A DNA stretch of 64,000 nt from Octopus vulgaris. Taxonomy: Eukaryota. Each line of letters begins with the position of its first letter. Within the stretch, counting starts at the first letter, position 1. The notes beneath the pieces are model-generated. The model made no database searches. It saw only the letters and a list, made by a program, of their open reading frames with translations, and was not told the DNA's origin. This document shows positions 29,478 through 45,332 of the stretch, in pieces. The stretch lies in assembly GCA_951406725.2 (NCBI GenBank), contig OX597833.1, positions 1,178,001-1,242,000 of the forward strand, written 5' to 3'. Position numbers and translations under genes: made by a program.

Positions 29478-29710
29478 AAGGCGGCCAGCTGGTAGAAACG
29501 TTAGCACGCCGGGCGAAATGCGTTGCCGTATTTCGTCTGCCGTTACGTTCCGAGTTCAAATTCCGCCGAGGTCGACTTTGCCTTTCATCCTTCCGAGGTC
29601 GATAAATTAAGTACCAGTTACGCACTGGGGTCGATGTAATCGACTTAATCCCTTTGTCTGTCCTTGTTTGTCTCCTCTGTGTTTGGCCCCTTGTGGGTAG
29701 TAAAGAAATA
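29478..29710 (+). mobile_element. SINE family B monomer
   Basis: Head ggcggccagctggtagaaacg, B box gagttcaaattcc, central gcctttcatccttccgaggtcgataaattaagtaccag (recalled similarity to the Deu/Nin SINE domain). Confidence 0.9.
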
Positions 29711-30115
29711 TAAATATATATATATATGAGTGAATTTGCATATGGATTTATATACATTTATACAGATAAATGTGTGTGCTCTTGTTTCCGTATGTGTGTG
29801 GTCCTGTGTGTGTGTGTGCGTGCGTAAGGGGCAGGGAGAGGGACAAGGTCTGTTGGGTTTTCGTTATTTTCGTTAGACGATATTTTCATTAGACGATATT
29901 TTCGTTAGACGATACTCTATGAAACCAGGGTCAGGTCATTTAACAATACCCTCGCCACTCATTAACAGATTAGAGAAAACTAATATACTACGATATTTTG
30001 GTGGTCTAAAATATCTCTGACAGATAACGCGGTGACCTCGCTTGTGCGATCGTCACCTTTCTTAACCCACTCTGCAACAAGTAAACAATAAGAGTATGTG
30101 TGTGTGTGTGTGTGT

Positions 30116-30199
<84 letters not shown>

Positions 30200-30433
30200 T
30201 GTATGTATGTATGTATGTATGTATGTATGTATATATGTATGTATATTTATATATATGTAAGTGTGCGTACGTATACTTGTGTGTATGCGTGCGTGTTAGC
30301 GTACGCGTGTGTGTATATGTGAGAGAGAGAGAGAGCGAGAGAATGAGACACATATACATATATGTGTGTAGGTATATATATATGTATGTATATATATATA
30401 TGTATACATACATATATATATACACACACACAC

Positions 30434-30480
<47 letters not shown>

Positions 30481-31429
30481 CATATATCTATGTATGTGTG
30501 TGTGTGTATGTATATATGTATATATAGCTATGGAGACATTCGGGCGATCAATTCATCGATTAGCTCAGTAATTAATTGATTGATTGATTGATTGATTGAT
30601 TGACGACTTTCATAAAGTTTCGTTAAGGTGTTGTTGTTGTTCTTTTTTTTTGCTTATTGTATTTATCAATGTTGTTGTACCTTGTTTTTTGTTTTCTTTT
30701 GTTTGCGATTTTGGTTTCGTTTTGCTTCTTGACTCTTATTGATTTGTCTGTATCGTGATGTTTCGTTAATTTAATTTATTGCTTTATTTCTATTTTATTA
30801 ATTTTCCTCTGTAGAGGGCAAGGCCGGAGAAGTATTAAATTACTAAAAATAATTTTTATTTTTCGATCAGATTCGTATTTGGTAAATATAAGAAAAAATA
30901 AAAACTCTCCAAATTAAATTGAAATCGTTAAAAAAAATATTGAATTTGTTCTATGTTTGTGGACAGAAGAATGGCTGAGTGGTGAAGAAATTAGGTTGGC
31001 AAAGTTGTAGTCTTAGAATTGAACTAAAAGCCAGACATTGTTATTAAGGATTTTTACCTATAAACTCCAGATCGTTAGCAAATTTGTGAAGACACAAACA
31101 CACAAACACACAGATTAACTGACACACACAAGCATTTTTACACATATACACCTACTAGCCTCACACACACTAGACACAGGCTTTCTCACTCCCACACATA
31201 TATGCAAATCCACACACATCCACACGCACACATAACAACACAGAGCACACATCACCCAACGCAAGCCCTGATTTACTTCTACACAGATACACACACGATC
31301 CCTTCCTCACAAGCAAACTAACATACTTTTCAGCTCTCCCACACACATATGCCTTGCGATCATCTCCATACACACATACATATACACACTTTTGCAAAAA
31401 GTTTGAGGTCATCTATGAATAACACTATG

Positions 31430-31501
<72 letters not shown>

Positions 31502-31711
31502 TTTTTTTTTTTTTAGTAGAAGCAACCGAATGAATAAAGGGCCGAGAATTTCAATCACAATATAAGGGCCAACGTACGAAGACTGGGTAATTGAGTCGCC
31601 GACCTTCTTCGCTAAATTATTACTCATACACACACACTCACACATATATATATATGTGTGTGTGTGTGTGCGTGTATAAATGTATATATACATACATAAA
31701 TATATATACAT

Positions 31712-31775
<64 letters not shown>

Positions 31776-32040
31776 TTACGCTTCTAGTCGTTTACTTGTA
31801 TCAGCAATTTAATTGCGGCCACGCTGGAGCACCGCCTTTAGTCGAAAAACTTGACCTCAGGACTTATTCTCTGCAAACTTAGTACTTATTTTTATTTATT
31901 TTCATATTTCATGTTGTTTGCGTTCTATGACGTCCTGTGCCCATGTATGCAAGTGTATATACACATACATGTAAGCATGTAAATATATGTATATATACCT
32001 GCATATATGTACATTATTTATATTACATATATATGTATAC

Positions 32041-32147
<107 letters not shown>

Positions 32148-32369
32148 TGTAGCCATATATAGTTTATACCGTTTTATCATCAGAATATCTCTCTTGTGTT
32201 AAAAGTTCTTTTATCAAACGAATCCAGCCGTACGTTCTTCCGCTTTTCTGCCGTTTCTTCTCCTCCTTCAAACTCTTTCGCTCCCTCCCTCTCTTTCTCT
32301 CACCGACACTTATTCCATCAAACACACAGCACACACACGCACACATATATATACAAATACGTATATATC

Positions 32370-32421
<52 letters not shown>

Positions 32422-32485
32422 CTTCCCTCCCTCTCTTTCTCTCACCGACACTCATTCCCTTTCTGAAACACACGCACCACACACA

Positions 32486-32528
<43 letters not shown>

Positions 32529-32612
32529 GTATATGTATACAAATACATATATATCTGCATATATATATATATATATTTGCTTCCGTACATATACATCTAT
32601 ACATATACACAT

Positions 32613-32662
<50 letters not shown>

Positions 32663-32947
32663 TTATATGTATGTATATATATATATATGTGTGTGTGAGT
32701 GTGTGTGTTGTTTGTGTTTTTGTGTTGTGTTGTATATGTATTCGGGATTGTGTGTTTTAGGTTGGTTAGTTTTTGTTTTTGTTTTATTTTTTTTTTTTTT
32801 TTATATTTTTTTTTTGTGTTTTTTTTTTTTTTTTGTTGGTTGTTGTTTTTTTTTTTTATTATATATATATATATATGTTATGTGTGTGTATGTGTATGTG
32901 TGTGTGTATGTGTGTGTGTGTGTATATATGTGTATATTATATATATA

Positions 32948-33036
<89 letters not shown>

Positions 33037-33067
33037 TTTTTTTATTTATGTTATTATATATATATAC

Positions 33068-33099
<32 letters not shown>

Positions 33100-33106
33100 G
33101 TGTGTG

Positions 33107-33152
<46 letters not shown>

Positions 33153-33827
33153 TAGATATATATATGTTTATTTTATATTTTTGTTTTTAGATGTAGATAC
33201 ATATGGATGGATGGATATATATATTTTTTTTTTTTTTTTTTTTTTTTTTATTTGTTTTTGGTGTTGTTATTTTTTTTTTTTTTTTTTTTGTGTGGTTTGT
33301 GTGATAATATAAAAAATATATAAAATCATTTTCATCAACAAACTTTATTTCAATATTTGTTATTTATAAAACTGTATTTTCTTATAACGAATTTCACTGA
33401 CGCTTGTTTTCATTTTCATGTTCTCTCAAATTCGCCCATTTTTTCTTAGAATTAATTTCTAAAAATCGACACAAAAACTATAATTAAAATACAAATAAAA
33501 ATTAATAATATATATATTTATTTTTTTTTGTTCTTTCTTTTTAGAACCATCATTTCTGGAAAAAAGAAAAATGCTTCTTTTAAAAAGAAATAATATATAT
33601 GTTATGTATCAATACCTATATATCCATTTTAAAATTATTTAACATCTATACATATACATAAACACACAACTTCATATTATATATATAATATATATATATA
33701 ATTATATGATGCTTTATAAATATGTGTGTGGATGTGGTGTTTAGTAAAAAAAACATAAACATGTATTCTATTAATCAACAGAATAACATTTAAATATTTA
33801 CAATACATACATACATACATACCATAC

Positions 33828-33859
<32 letters not shown>

Positions 33860-34463
33860 CATACATAAGACATACACACACACATCATATACATACATAT
33901 TACATACATACATATATACATACATACATACATACATACATACATTACATACACACACATACATACCTACATACCTACCTACATACATACATACATATAC
34001 GTACATTCATATACATACATACACATACATACATACATATATACATACATACATCAGTGTATGTGTGACGGATCTTTTACCAATCAAATAATATATGTGT
34101 GTGTTTATGTGTGTGTTTATTCTGTTTGAGTGATGTGTGTGTTTTTTTTGTACTTGAATTACGAAATAGTCCTGAATTGTATATAAAATAAAATAAAAAA
34201 GCAAACATAATCTTTAACAATTTGCAAAAAATTTTTTTTTTTTTAAAATTTCATCATTTGATAACTGCGCCTTTAATCGAGACTGATGGGTTGAAGTCGT
34301 GTAAATAGATATAGTGTGTGTAAAAACAAGCTCTATCATATACGCAGACGACAAAACAGAAGATAATAATATAGTCATATATATATGAAATATAGAGGTT
34401 TTGAAATGTAGATGAAGTGTGGTGTGTAGAAGACAGACAGACACAGACGAGGCAGAGACGAAC

Positions 34464-34486
34464 GTGGTTCATATCAGCTACCCCGG
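34464..34486 (-). other. Candidate 23-nt microexon
   Basis: Strong acceptor cttttctcacttccattttgcctttccag followed by a weak donor gttcgt; would read xGVADMNH (phase 1-0). Confidence 0.25.
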
Positions 34487-35226
34487 CTGGAAAGGCAAAA
34501 TGGAAGTGAGAAAAGTAGTCATGGTTGAAAGTAGAGGTTACCACTGTTTGGCTATAGAAAAGAAAATAAGATGGTTGGAACAGAAGTTTCTCAAGTTACC
34601 AACGATCTTCATCTCTTGATCCAATAACTAAACAGAAATATTTTCCTTCTCGTGTTATGAACATGTTTTCCTTTTGGAATAGATACTTTGCTCTGTTGAA
34701 TTGTTATTAATTTTCGTAGCCGACGTTGCTCTTTGTTCGTACTTTAGAATATCCTAGCAGTGCATTATCTATGGATTTATCTATCGATCATCATTTTTAT
34801 CTCTTATATATATCCTCATTTCTATTAAATTTTTTTATCTAGAATCCAGCCTGCTATTACTCTATATCACGACTATAAGATTCCCTTTTGTTAAACTGCA
34901 CCGTTATATTAAATCTATCGTCAGCCATTCACTTCTATATATAAAGATATTTTAAATATTCTTTTAGAAAAAAAGAATGCTTATTTTTTATATTTGTAAT
35001 ATATACTTGTGTTCTAGATACTAAAATATGACAAGCACTGTTGCATATATGCGTTTTAGCGAGATAGATAATAGAAAGAAATAGTCTTATTTTGTCCAGA
35101 TAGTAGATAGATAGATAAATCAAGCAGCATCAAAAATCATGAGTAATATCCACAAAAATATATATAAATATTCCGTTATATAACATATACATACACGTAA
35201 TATGTATACATATATTTATATAATTC

Positions 35227-35274
<48 letters not shown>

Positions 35275-35281
35275 GCATACA

Positions 35282-35317
<36 letters not shown>

Positions 35318-35383
35318 CAACACATAATACATACAACAGTATCTTTGTTTCTATCATGTGTGTGTGTGTGTGTGTGTGTGTGT

Positions 35384-35940
35384 AGAAAAATGAAAAGTGG
35401 AACGGCTATTAGGAGGTAACTGCAGATTTACCTGGGTGCCAGGTTTTCTTTCCCATCCCAGTTTCGAAAAAACCAGATATTTTGATGTGGTGTGAAAGAA
35501 AGAAAGTTGTAAATATAGTCGAGCTAACGGTTCCTCACGAAGATAATATGGATGCCGCTCGAGCTCGAAAATCAAACCGTTATGAAAACCTCCTCGAGGA
35601 ATGTGAAGACGCAGGCTGGAAAGCGGAACATTTTCCTACCGAAGTCGGATGTAGAGGGTTTGTAGGACACAGCGTTAGACGACTGTTGTTATCGTTAGGC
35701 CTAACTCATCGTAAAGTCAATACCACCATGGCTGATATCCAATATACAGTGGAGAAGGCTAGCCACTGGATTTGGTTAAAAAGAGACGATGAGCGATGGT
35801 TAGAAGAATATTGAGTTCTTCATAACCAACTGATCTAGCAAGCGGGGCCTCATATCAGTGAGGGGGGGCGGTGCGCATTGATGCCGTCGAGAGGTAGGCC
35901 CCGAAACGGCGCGCATTCTCTCCTGATGACCCCATACACT
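35384..35940 (+). mobile_element. HERO-type non-LTR retrotransposon 3' end (restriction-like endonuclease plus 3' UTR)
   Basis: ADLP..FP..KPDILMW..IVELTVPHED..KSNRY..GW..EVGCRGF..EKASHWIWLKR; stop at 35814; starts immediately after (TG)n. Confidence 0.85.
35872..35937 (+). ncRNA. Permuted hammerhead-like motif in the HERO 3' UTR
   Basis: gccGTC-gagag ... GAAAC-ggc ... ctctc-CTGATGA; stems I and III pair, stem II is weak. Confidence 0.55.
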
Positions 35941-36879
35941 TGCTAGCTTCCGATATACGGAGCTTTTAACTGGTAGCACTTGCATGTGCAAGTTGTTTGC
36001 AAGACATCTGGGGGTTTATTTACCGACACTGAACTGCCGACAGAATTTAAACTTGGCGTGACTTCAAATCAGAACGTAGATACCCGGAACAGTTACCGCA
36101 ACGTCATCTATCCGACGCTCTAACAACTTTGTCAATTGGCCAATGCACCACCTAAATACCTATTTATCTATGGATACATCTTTATCTCTCTATATATATC
36201 CAACTAACTATCCATCATTTCATTTATCGCTAAACCTCTCTGTTTATCTATTAATCTTTCAGCCTCGCTGTTTATCTATCTACCTATCTACCTATCTACT
36301 TATCTCAATAGATATCAATCCACCTTGCCATATCGGATTCAAAAACATCTGTGCTTCACTTAATTCCATATTTTAACTTCCACTTCACCCAGGAATCGCA
36401 GGGCAATTACGCTTAAATATATCTGTTCTATATCTTTTGTCACTCAGTCGTTATTTCAACACAATTATTTCCTCTTTTAGAAACTAAAGAATGCTTATTT
36501 TTTTCAATTACCTATAATTATATATTTTCTGAGCCTTTGTCTTTATGATCACGCACCGACCTGTGTGTGCATGTATTCATGTTATACGTAAAAATACAAA
36601 TACACTTCCAAATGTATGTGTTTATATATGTAGGTATAAAGAGATAGATAGATAGATAGATAGATTAAGCAAGAAATAGAATCATGAGTAAATATCCACA
36701 AAAATATATATAAATATTCCAGTATATATAAAATACTTCAATATATGTAAATGTAATTGCATATGATTATATATAATTCTATATAATTATCTAAATATAT
36801 ATATATACATATACATACATACATACATGCATACATACATACATACATACATACATACATACATACATACATACATACA

Positions 36880-36910
<31 letters not shown>

Positions 36911-37192
36911 GCGTGTGTATGCTATGTGTATGTGTGGTGTGTATTCTCCTGCGTGTAGAGAGAAGGGAAAATATAGAATGGATGGAACAATAAGTATATA
37001 TGTGTCTTACTGGGTTTCTGGGCCTCTGTGTGTATGTGTTTGTGTGTGTGTATATGTTAAGGCTAGCATACATGCAGACATAAACACGTGTATACACACA
37101 GTCTATCATACATAAATAGCGACATAATTCTTGTGCTCTCGCGCTTCAAAGACACTGCTGACTTCTGTTGTATTTATGGCGTGTATATATCA

Positions 37193-37281
<89 letters not shown>

Positions 37282-37448
37282 GCGCACAGAAACGCACACA
37301 TCCACACATATATATTCATATAATTACATGCATATATATATTTGCATACATGAATATACGTAGGTAAAAACGATTATGGACATGTACGCGTGGGTGTACA
37401 GATTGACGTTGTCTCCCTCTACCTCTCTTAATATTTATTTCCATCTTT

Positions 37449-38322
37449 AGGCGACGAGCTGGAAGAAACGTTAGCACGCCGGGCGAAATGCTTAGCAGTA
37501 TTTCGTCTGTCTTTACGTTCTGAGTTCAAATTCCGCCGAGGTCAACTTTACCTTCCATCCTTCTGAGGTCGATAAATTAAGTACCAGTTGCGTACTGCGG
37601 TCGATCTAATCAACTGGCCCCTCCCCCAAATTTCGGGCCTTGTGCCTTGACTAGAAAAGAATATCTGTATATATATATAGAGCGGCGAGCTGCCAGAAAT
37701 GTTAGCACCCCAGACGAAATATTTAGAGGTATTTCGTCTGTGTTTACGTTCGGAATTCAAGTTTCAGCGAGATCCAATTTACCTTTTATCCTTTCGGGGT
37801 CGATAAATTAAGTACCAGTTGCGTACTGCGGTCGATGTACTTAATTTATCCCCCCTCCCCCAAAATTTCGGGCCTTGTGCCTTGACTAGAAAAGAATATC
37901 TGTATATATATATATATATATAGGGCGGCGAGCTGGCAGAAATGTTAGCACGCCAGACGAAATGCTTATCGGTTTTTCGTTTGTCTTTACGTTCTGAGTT
38001 CAAATTCCGCCGAGGTCGAATTTACCTTTCATCCTTTCGGGGTCGATAAATTAAGTACCAGTTATGCGCTGGGGTCGATATAATTGACTTAATACCTATG
38101 TCTGTCCTTGTTTGTCCCCTCTATGTTTAGCCCCTTGTGGGTAATAAAGAAATAGGTATTTCGTCTGTGTTTACGTTCGGAGTTCAAGTTTCAGCGAGGT
38201 CGAATATATCTTTTATCCTTTCGGGGTCGATAAATTAAGTACCAGTTGCGTACTGGGGTCGAAATAATCGACTGGACCCGTTGCACAAAAATTTCGAGCC
38301 TTATGCCTAGAGTAGAAAAGAA
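37449..38322 (+). mobile_element. Cluster of SINE family B copies: two monomers with tail 2, then a head-unit-unit dimer
   Basis: Heads at ~37449, ~37681 and ~37923; internal junction gaaata|ggtatttcgtc at ~38155. Confidence 0.85.
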
Positions 38323-38721
38323 TATTTATTTCCATCTCTTCCCCTCATTCTCTCTCACTCACTCACTCTCTCCTCCTCTCTCTCTCTTTCTCTCTCTCCC
38401 TCTCTCCTATACATAATTCTACCTTTGTCCGCCATATACAAAATCGCAAACACTTAACTAGAAGGAATCTGTATGTCTTCCTCTCTATTGCAAAATTCTT
38501 CCCGTACATTAGAACAGCACCTGTACCACCACCTTCCCCTATACCCGTCACCTACATACTCTCAAAGCCCTACTCATGAAATGTTACAAACTTTGCATAT
38601 CTCTAAACATCTCAAAATATTTTCTTTATATTTCTATATACTTTCTTTGTCATAATGTTCCCTTTACTTCACTCCACCCACTATCTTCCCTAACTGAATC
38701 TTTCCGCTTATTAACCAATCA

Positions 38722-38788
<67 letters not shown>

Positions 38789-39531
38789 TCTTTCTATCTA
38801 TCAATGTCTCTCTCTCTCTTTCTCTCCCCTACTCCCCTTCTCTCTTTTACATTTCCTGGCAATTTTCGGCACAAATCAGCTTATTCTTTGAAAATTCATT
38901 ATAGCATCCGCCAATTTTAATTTCCAAGACAACAAAACAACTTTAAATCATAACCAATTCGGTCCCCTGTTGCTATTGGTCCTCATCCAGCGGCTCTTTG
39001 CCGAAAATTAAATACCAATTTATTCGCATCTTTCCCCACGCCTCACCTCTTACGCCCGCTCACACACTTACCCACAATGCAGCTCTCCATCCATTTATCT
39101 CGACATGTATTATCTTATTATCTTATTACTATACACGCACAATCAAACTTGTGTAACTCTGTGTGTGTGTACATGTATTGTGTACACACACATATAAATA
39201 TATATTAATTTATGTATGTATGTATGTATGTGTGTGTGTGCATATATATATATACATACATATATATAGAATATACTCATATATGTAATACGCGTACACA
39301 TATGAGAATACATGGGTGCATATGGGTGTCGATATACATATGTGTGAGAGAAAGAAACATAAAATAAAAGAAACAAACAAACAAGCAAATAAACAAAGAA
39401 GAAAACAGAGAAACAATGGAACGTTAGAAAGAAAGAAACAAGAAACAAACAAACAAAGAAGGAAAGAAAGAAAGAACGAAAGAACAAAAGAAAGAACGAA
39501 AGAAAGAAAGAAAGAAAGAAAGAAAGAACGA

Positions 39532-39563
<32 letters not shown>

Positions 39564-39796
39564 AAATAAGAAAGAAAGAAAGAAAGAAAGGAAGAAAGAA
39601 AGAACGAAAGCAAGAAAGGGGCTTTATTTATCCGCCGCCATATTCCTTGCGCTTAACGTTAGGTTTGCCCACCATTTCCTCGCTGTCGTCTGCTTTCTTC
39701 AAAATCCATTCTGTGATCAACAATGGTTTCCTTCTAATAACTTCGCAATTACGTATTTATTTTCAATATATATTTTTACTTACTTTCTTCGCAAAA

Positions 39797-39837
<41 letters not shown>

Positions 39838-40022
39838 AATATATATTATACATATACACATATATATATATACATGTATGCGTATATTTATACATAATCA
39901 TATACATGCACATATATATATAAATATATACATATATATATATATGTGAGTGTGTATATATACATAAATATTTATAGACATATTGTTATTAATATATTGT
40001 TTTTTGTGGTATTTTAAATTCT

Positions 40023-40069
<47 letters not shown>

Positions 40070-40070
<1 letters not shown>

Positions 40071-40275
40071 GCGTGTGTCTGAAGTTGTCCCCCCAACATC
40101 GCTTGACAACCGAAGCTGGGGTGTTTACGTTCCTGCAACACAGCGGTTCGGCAAAAGAGACTGATACAATAAGTACTTGGTTTACAAAGAATAAGTTCTG
40201 GGGTCGATTTGTTCGATTTAACGGTGGTGCTCCATTATGGCCGCACTGAAATGACTGAAACAGGCAAAGGAATAA
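40070..40275 (+). mobile_element. SINE family A, 3' half
   Basis: ccccaacatcgcttgacaaccg...atgactgaaaca. Confidence 0.8.
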
Positions 40276-40327
40276 ACAAATTAAAGAAAATACATAAAAG
40301 CGCTTATGAGTTGACTACTGATATATC

Positions 40328-40386
<59 letters not shown>

Positions 40387-40391
<5 letters not shown>

Positions 40392-40608
40392 TAATCCAAA
40401 CAAGAAAACAAAAAAACACAGCAACGCCAGGATGTGGAACAAATAAAGTATTATTGGACGCTCAGGAAAGAAGGGAAGACGGAGGGTTTAACGTTTCGAA
40501 CGGAGCTCTTCGTCGGAAACATAGGAGAAGGAAAGATCCCGAGAAGGGAAGACAGAGGAAAAAAATCGCCAACGGTACACACGAGGTCACATTTTGAAAA
40601 AGGTGACC
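40387..40608 (-). mobile_element. Family E-related element with a minimal hammerhead-like motif at 40484-40520
   Basis: CCGACGA-A-GAGC-tcc-GTTC-GAAAC-GTTA on the minus strand; shares gtatta...acgctcaggaa with family E; inside (TA)n. Confidence 0.6.
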
Positions 40609-41351
40609 TATATATATATTTGTGTATATATGTATGTATATATATATATTTGTCGATATATATATATACACATATATATATGCATGAATATTTAGCTATA
40701 GATATGCATGTATATTTTTTTGGTAATATATATATATACTTACAAATTATGGATCTTATATAAGAGACTGCTTGAGCGTGTGTGCACATGTATGTACGTA
40801 TGCAGGATAAACTACGTATGTACGAACTTATATGTGTGTGTGTGTGTTTGTGCGTGTGTATTTAAATATATATATGTATGTATATATACATATGTATGTT
40901 TGTATACTTATATATATAATTATATATATATTTAAATATATATATAAATATATATGTGGGTGTATGTGTGGTTATATATTTCAGCTATGTATGAAGAATA
41001 TTATTTTCGTTTTCTTACGTGAAGTCAAGTGGCTAATTCAATAAAATGTTTTCAAGCACACAGATATGTGTGTCTATATTTAGCTACAACAATATCTGTG
41101 TGTCTATTCTTCTGTCAGTCTATCAAACAATCTTTCTATACAGAGAGAGAGAGATGCATAATTATATTTAAATTTATATAGAGCGGTTATACACGCGCCC
41201 ATACATGCACACACGTAGAGAGATAGATATAGATATAGATATGCATACACACACACAAACACACATATATATACATATATATAAAGGAATTGAGCTGAAC
41301 ATACATGCAAATGTGCATATATGTATATATATATAAATACATATATATATG

Positions 41352-41427
<76 letters not shown>

Positions 41428-41560
41428 CATACATAGATGAAAAAAATACATAGATATGCGTATAAAATAATGTATATTTACACGCATGCATGTTTATCTA
41501 GGTATATTCATATATATTCCTGTATATATATATATATATATATATACATGTGTGTGTATT

Positions 41561-41593
<33 letters not shown>

Positions 41594-41653
41594 TTAATTA
41601 TCTATACACATATATATATACATATTTATATATATATATATACATACATATAC

Positions 41654-41853
<200 letters not shown>

Positions 41854-41965
41854 TTATATATGCATATATATATATATATATGTATGTATGTATGTATATA
41901 TATATATACATATATATATCCACATATATATACATATATATATATGTATATATATTTATATATGC

Positions 41966-41997
<32 letters not shown>

Positions 41998-42029
41998 GTA
42001 TATATATATATATACATATATATATATGC

Positions 42030-42093
<64 letters not shown>

Positions 42094-42456
42094 GCGTACG
42101 TCAGCTTTTGCAGTTACATGGTATTCACGTTGTCTCATTTCCTCAATTTTATAATTTCTTCCCTCTCTCACTCTTTCACTCCCTCTTCATCATTCCCCCT
42201 CTCTCTCTCTCTCTCCCACTATCTGTCTCAATCTCTCTCTCTCCTTCTCTCGCTCCTTCTCTCTCTCCTTCTCTCTCTCTCTTCCGCTATCTCTTTCTTC
42301 CTTCCTTCCTTCCCACTAATTCTTCTTCCGTTCTGCCTATCACTTTCCAAATAAACAAAATACGGATTGTGAGACTATTTCTATCGTGTTTGTGTATGTA
42401 TGCACACAAATACACCAACATGCACGTGCGCACACCTGCACAAAAGTACCCAGATA

Positions 42457-42516
<60 letters not shown>

Positions 42517-43003
42517 TACACACACATAGAGATTATGTAGATCGATACGTACATACACTTAAACATATATTCGTAAGTATGCGATCATATATTAGACACA
42601 TATGAATATAGACGTATAAAATGAATGTAAATTCGTATTTGTGTGTCTGTATATCTGCACTTCCTGCTCCATTCCTCTCCCCACTCTCTGACTCACTGTC
42701 TCTCTCTCTTTCTCTCTCTCTCTCTCTCCTTCCTCTCTCCTTCCTCTCTCTTGTACTGGTATGTTTGTGTTCTGATGTAGGCGCTTCACTATGTATGTTT
42801 TGGGGTGTGAATATATGACTATATACAAACACACACACACACACAAACACACACAAACACATACATATATACAGATAGATGGATCGAGAGAGAGAGAAGA
42901 GAGAGAGACGAAGAGAGGGAGATTGATAGATAGATACAGAGATATAGATAGAGATAGAGATAGAGAGATACATGGATACATAGGGATAGATAGATAGATA
43001 GAG

Positions 43004-43086
<83 letters not shown>

Positions 43087-43187
43087 TAGATAGATAGATT
43101 TAAGCTTATTTATATATATATGCTTAGATATATATATAACTATTATGTGTATATGTATATATATATATATGTGTGTATATATATATG

Positions 43188-43346
<159 letters not shown>

Positions 43347-43421
43347 GTATGCATGTATATATATATACATATATATAAATATATATCTATATGCATATAT
43401 GCATATATATAGAAAAACCAA

Positions 43422-43487
<66 letters not shown>

Positions 43488-43787
43488 CACACACACACAC
43501 ACATATATATACATATATATACGTGTATATAGCTTCGTATTGTTGCATGCGTTTGTGTACTTCTATATTTAAGCTTCATTGTTCAGCTCACAATCGTGTT
43601 ACGTGCATCGTTAAGCCTAAAAGCATAAAAGCAGTAAACAATGAGATATCATTTATGGGAAACAGACTCCTCCGCTGGTGTAAGGCGTAGCCATACGTGG
43701 CCCTCACTAGGAATACATGTATGCGTCTACAGAAGCCTATATGTAAATATGCAAGCGTATATATGAATATATATGTATATATATATG

Positions 43788-43888
<101 letters not shown>

Positions 43889-43962
43889 TATATTCATATA
43901 TATTCCTCTATTTACATAATATCGAGGTCTCTTTCTTTCTTTTGTTATTTTACCGTTTTTAT

Positions 43963-43998
<36 letters not shown>

Positions 43999-44083
43999 CC
44001 CTGTCAATCTACCAATCTATATGTCTATAGATAGGTAATGAGGTACATATATATGTACACAGTCCGACGGGCGGACACACAAG

Positions 44084-44198
<115 letters not shown>

Positions 44199-44201
44199 AT
44201 G

Positions 44202-44269
<68 letters not shown>

Positions 44270-44633
44270 AGATCATATGCATATTGTGTGTGTACATGTT
44301 TATATATTTGTATACAAATAAATTTATAGGAAGATATGTAGACAGATACATATTTTGATAGATACATAGCGAGAGAGGGAGAGAGAAAGAAAGAAAGAGA
44401 GACTATTGATTGACTGATGTATTCGTTCATATTTCGATCAACATTTTGTTAGATAGATGTATCGATGGATAATAGATATAGATATAGGAAATGGTCTTCT
44501 TTGGGTAAATATTTCGCATTCATACCGAATCCATTCATATAATTTAGATGCGTTGCTCTATCGCAAAATAGTATAGCAAATAACTCTCTATACATATAAG
44601 CTACAGAGGCATTCATATATACATATATATGTA

Positions 44634-44665
<32 letters not shown>

Positions 44666-44676
44666 CATATATATAT

Positions 44677-44842
44677 AGGCGTAGGAGTGTTTGTGTGGTA
44701 AGTAGCTTGTTTACCAACCACATGGTTCCGGGTTCAGTCCTACTGCGTGGCACCTTGGGCAAGTGTCTTCTACTATAGCCTCGGGCCGACCAAAGCCTTG
44801 TGAGTGGATTTGGTAGACAGAAACTGAAAGAAGCCCGTCGTA

Positions 44843-44879
<37 letters not shown>

Positions 44880-45100
44880 GCGTGTGCGTGTTTGTGTGTC
44901 TGTCTTTGTCCCCCTAGCATTGCTTGACAACCGATGCTGATGTGTTTATGTCCCCGTTACTTAGCGGTTCGGCAAAAGAGTCAGATAGAATAAGTACTGG
45001 GCTTACAAAAGAATAAGTCCCGGGGTCGAGTTGCTCGATTAAAGGCGGTGCTCCAGCATGGTCACAGTCAAATGACTGAAACAAGTAAAAGAGATAAAAG
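44677..45100 (+). mobile_element. SINE family A, full length
   Basis: A/B boxes, core-like gtggcaccttgggcaagtgtcttc, internal microsatellite and tail. Confidence 0.9.
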
Positions 45101-45155
45101 AGAAATATATAAGTCAGTAAATAGTAGGGTTGTGTTAACCGCACATGGAGAAAGG

Positions 45156-45323
45156 ATAGGAGAGGAAAAATTATAGTAAGGCAGAATGGTAAATTGAAAG
45201 TAAATGTTAATAAAAATGGGTGTATGAAAAATTTAAAATTTTTAAAAACTTTCATACACCCATTTTTATTAAAATTTACTTTCAATTTAGCATTCTGCCT
45301 GATTAGAATTTTTCCTCTCCTAT
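45156..45323. repeat. 168-bp imperfect palindrome
   Basis: ataggagaggaaaaatt...gggtgtatgaaa is the reverse complement of tttcatacaccc...aatttttcctctcctat. Confidence 0.9.
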
Positions 45324-45332
45324 ATATATATA

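Noticed and set aside
29866-29913. Three copies of a 16-bp unit (attttcgttagacgat)
   Set aside because: Ordinary short minisatellite with no further support.
32700-33320. Strongly C-depleted, T-run-rich stretch
   Set aside because: Looks like low-quality long-read consensus; cannot be interpreted without reads.
39620-39715. GC-richer island reading WILKKADDSEEMVGKPNVKRKEYGGG* on the minus strand
   Set aside because: Weak acceptor and short frame; insufficient evidence for an exon.
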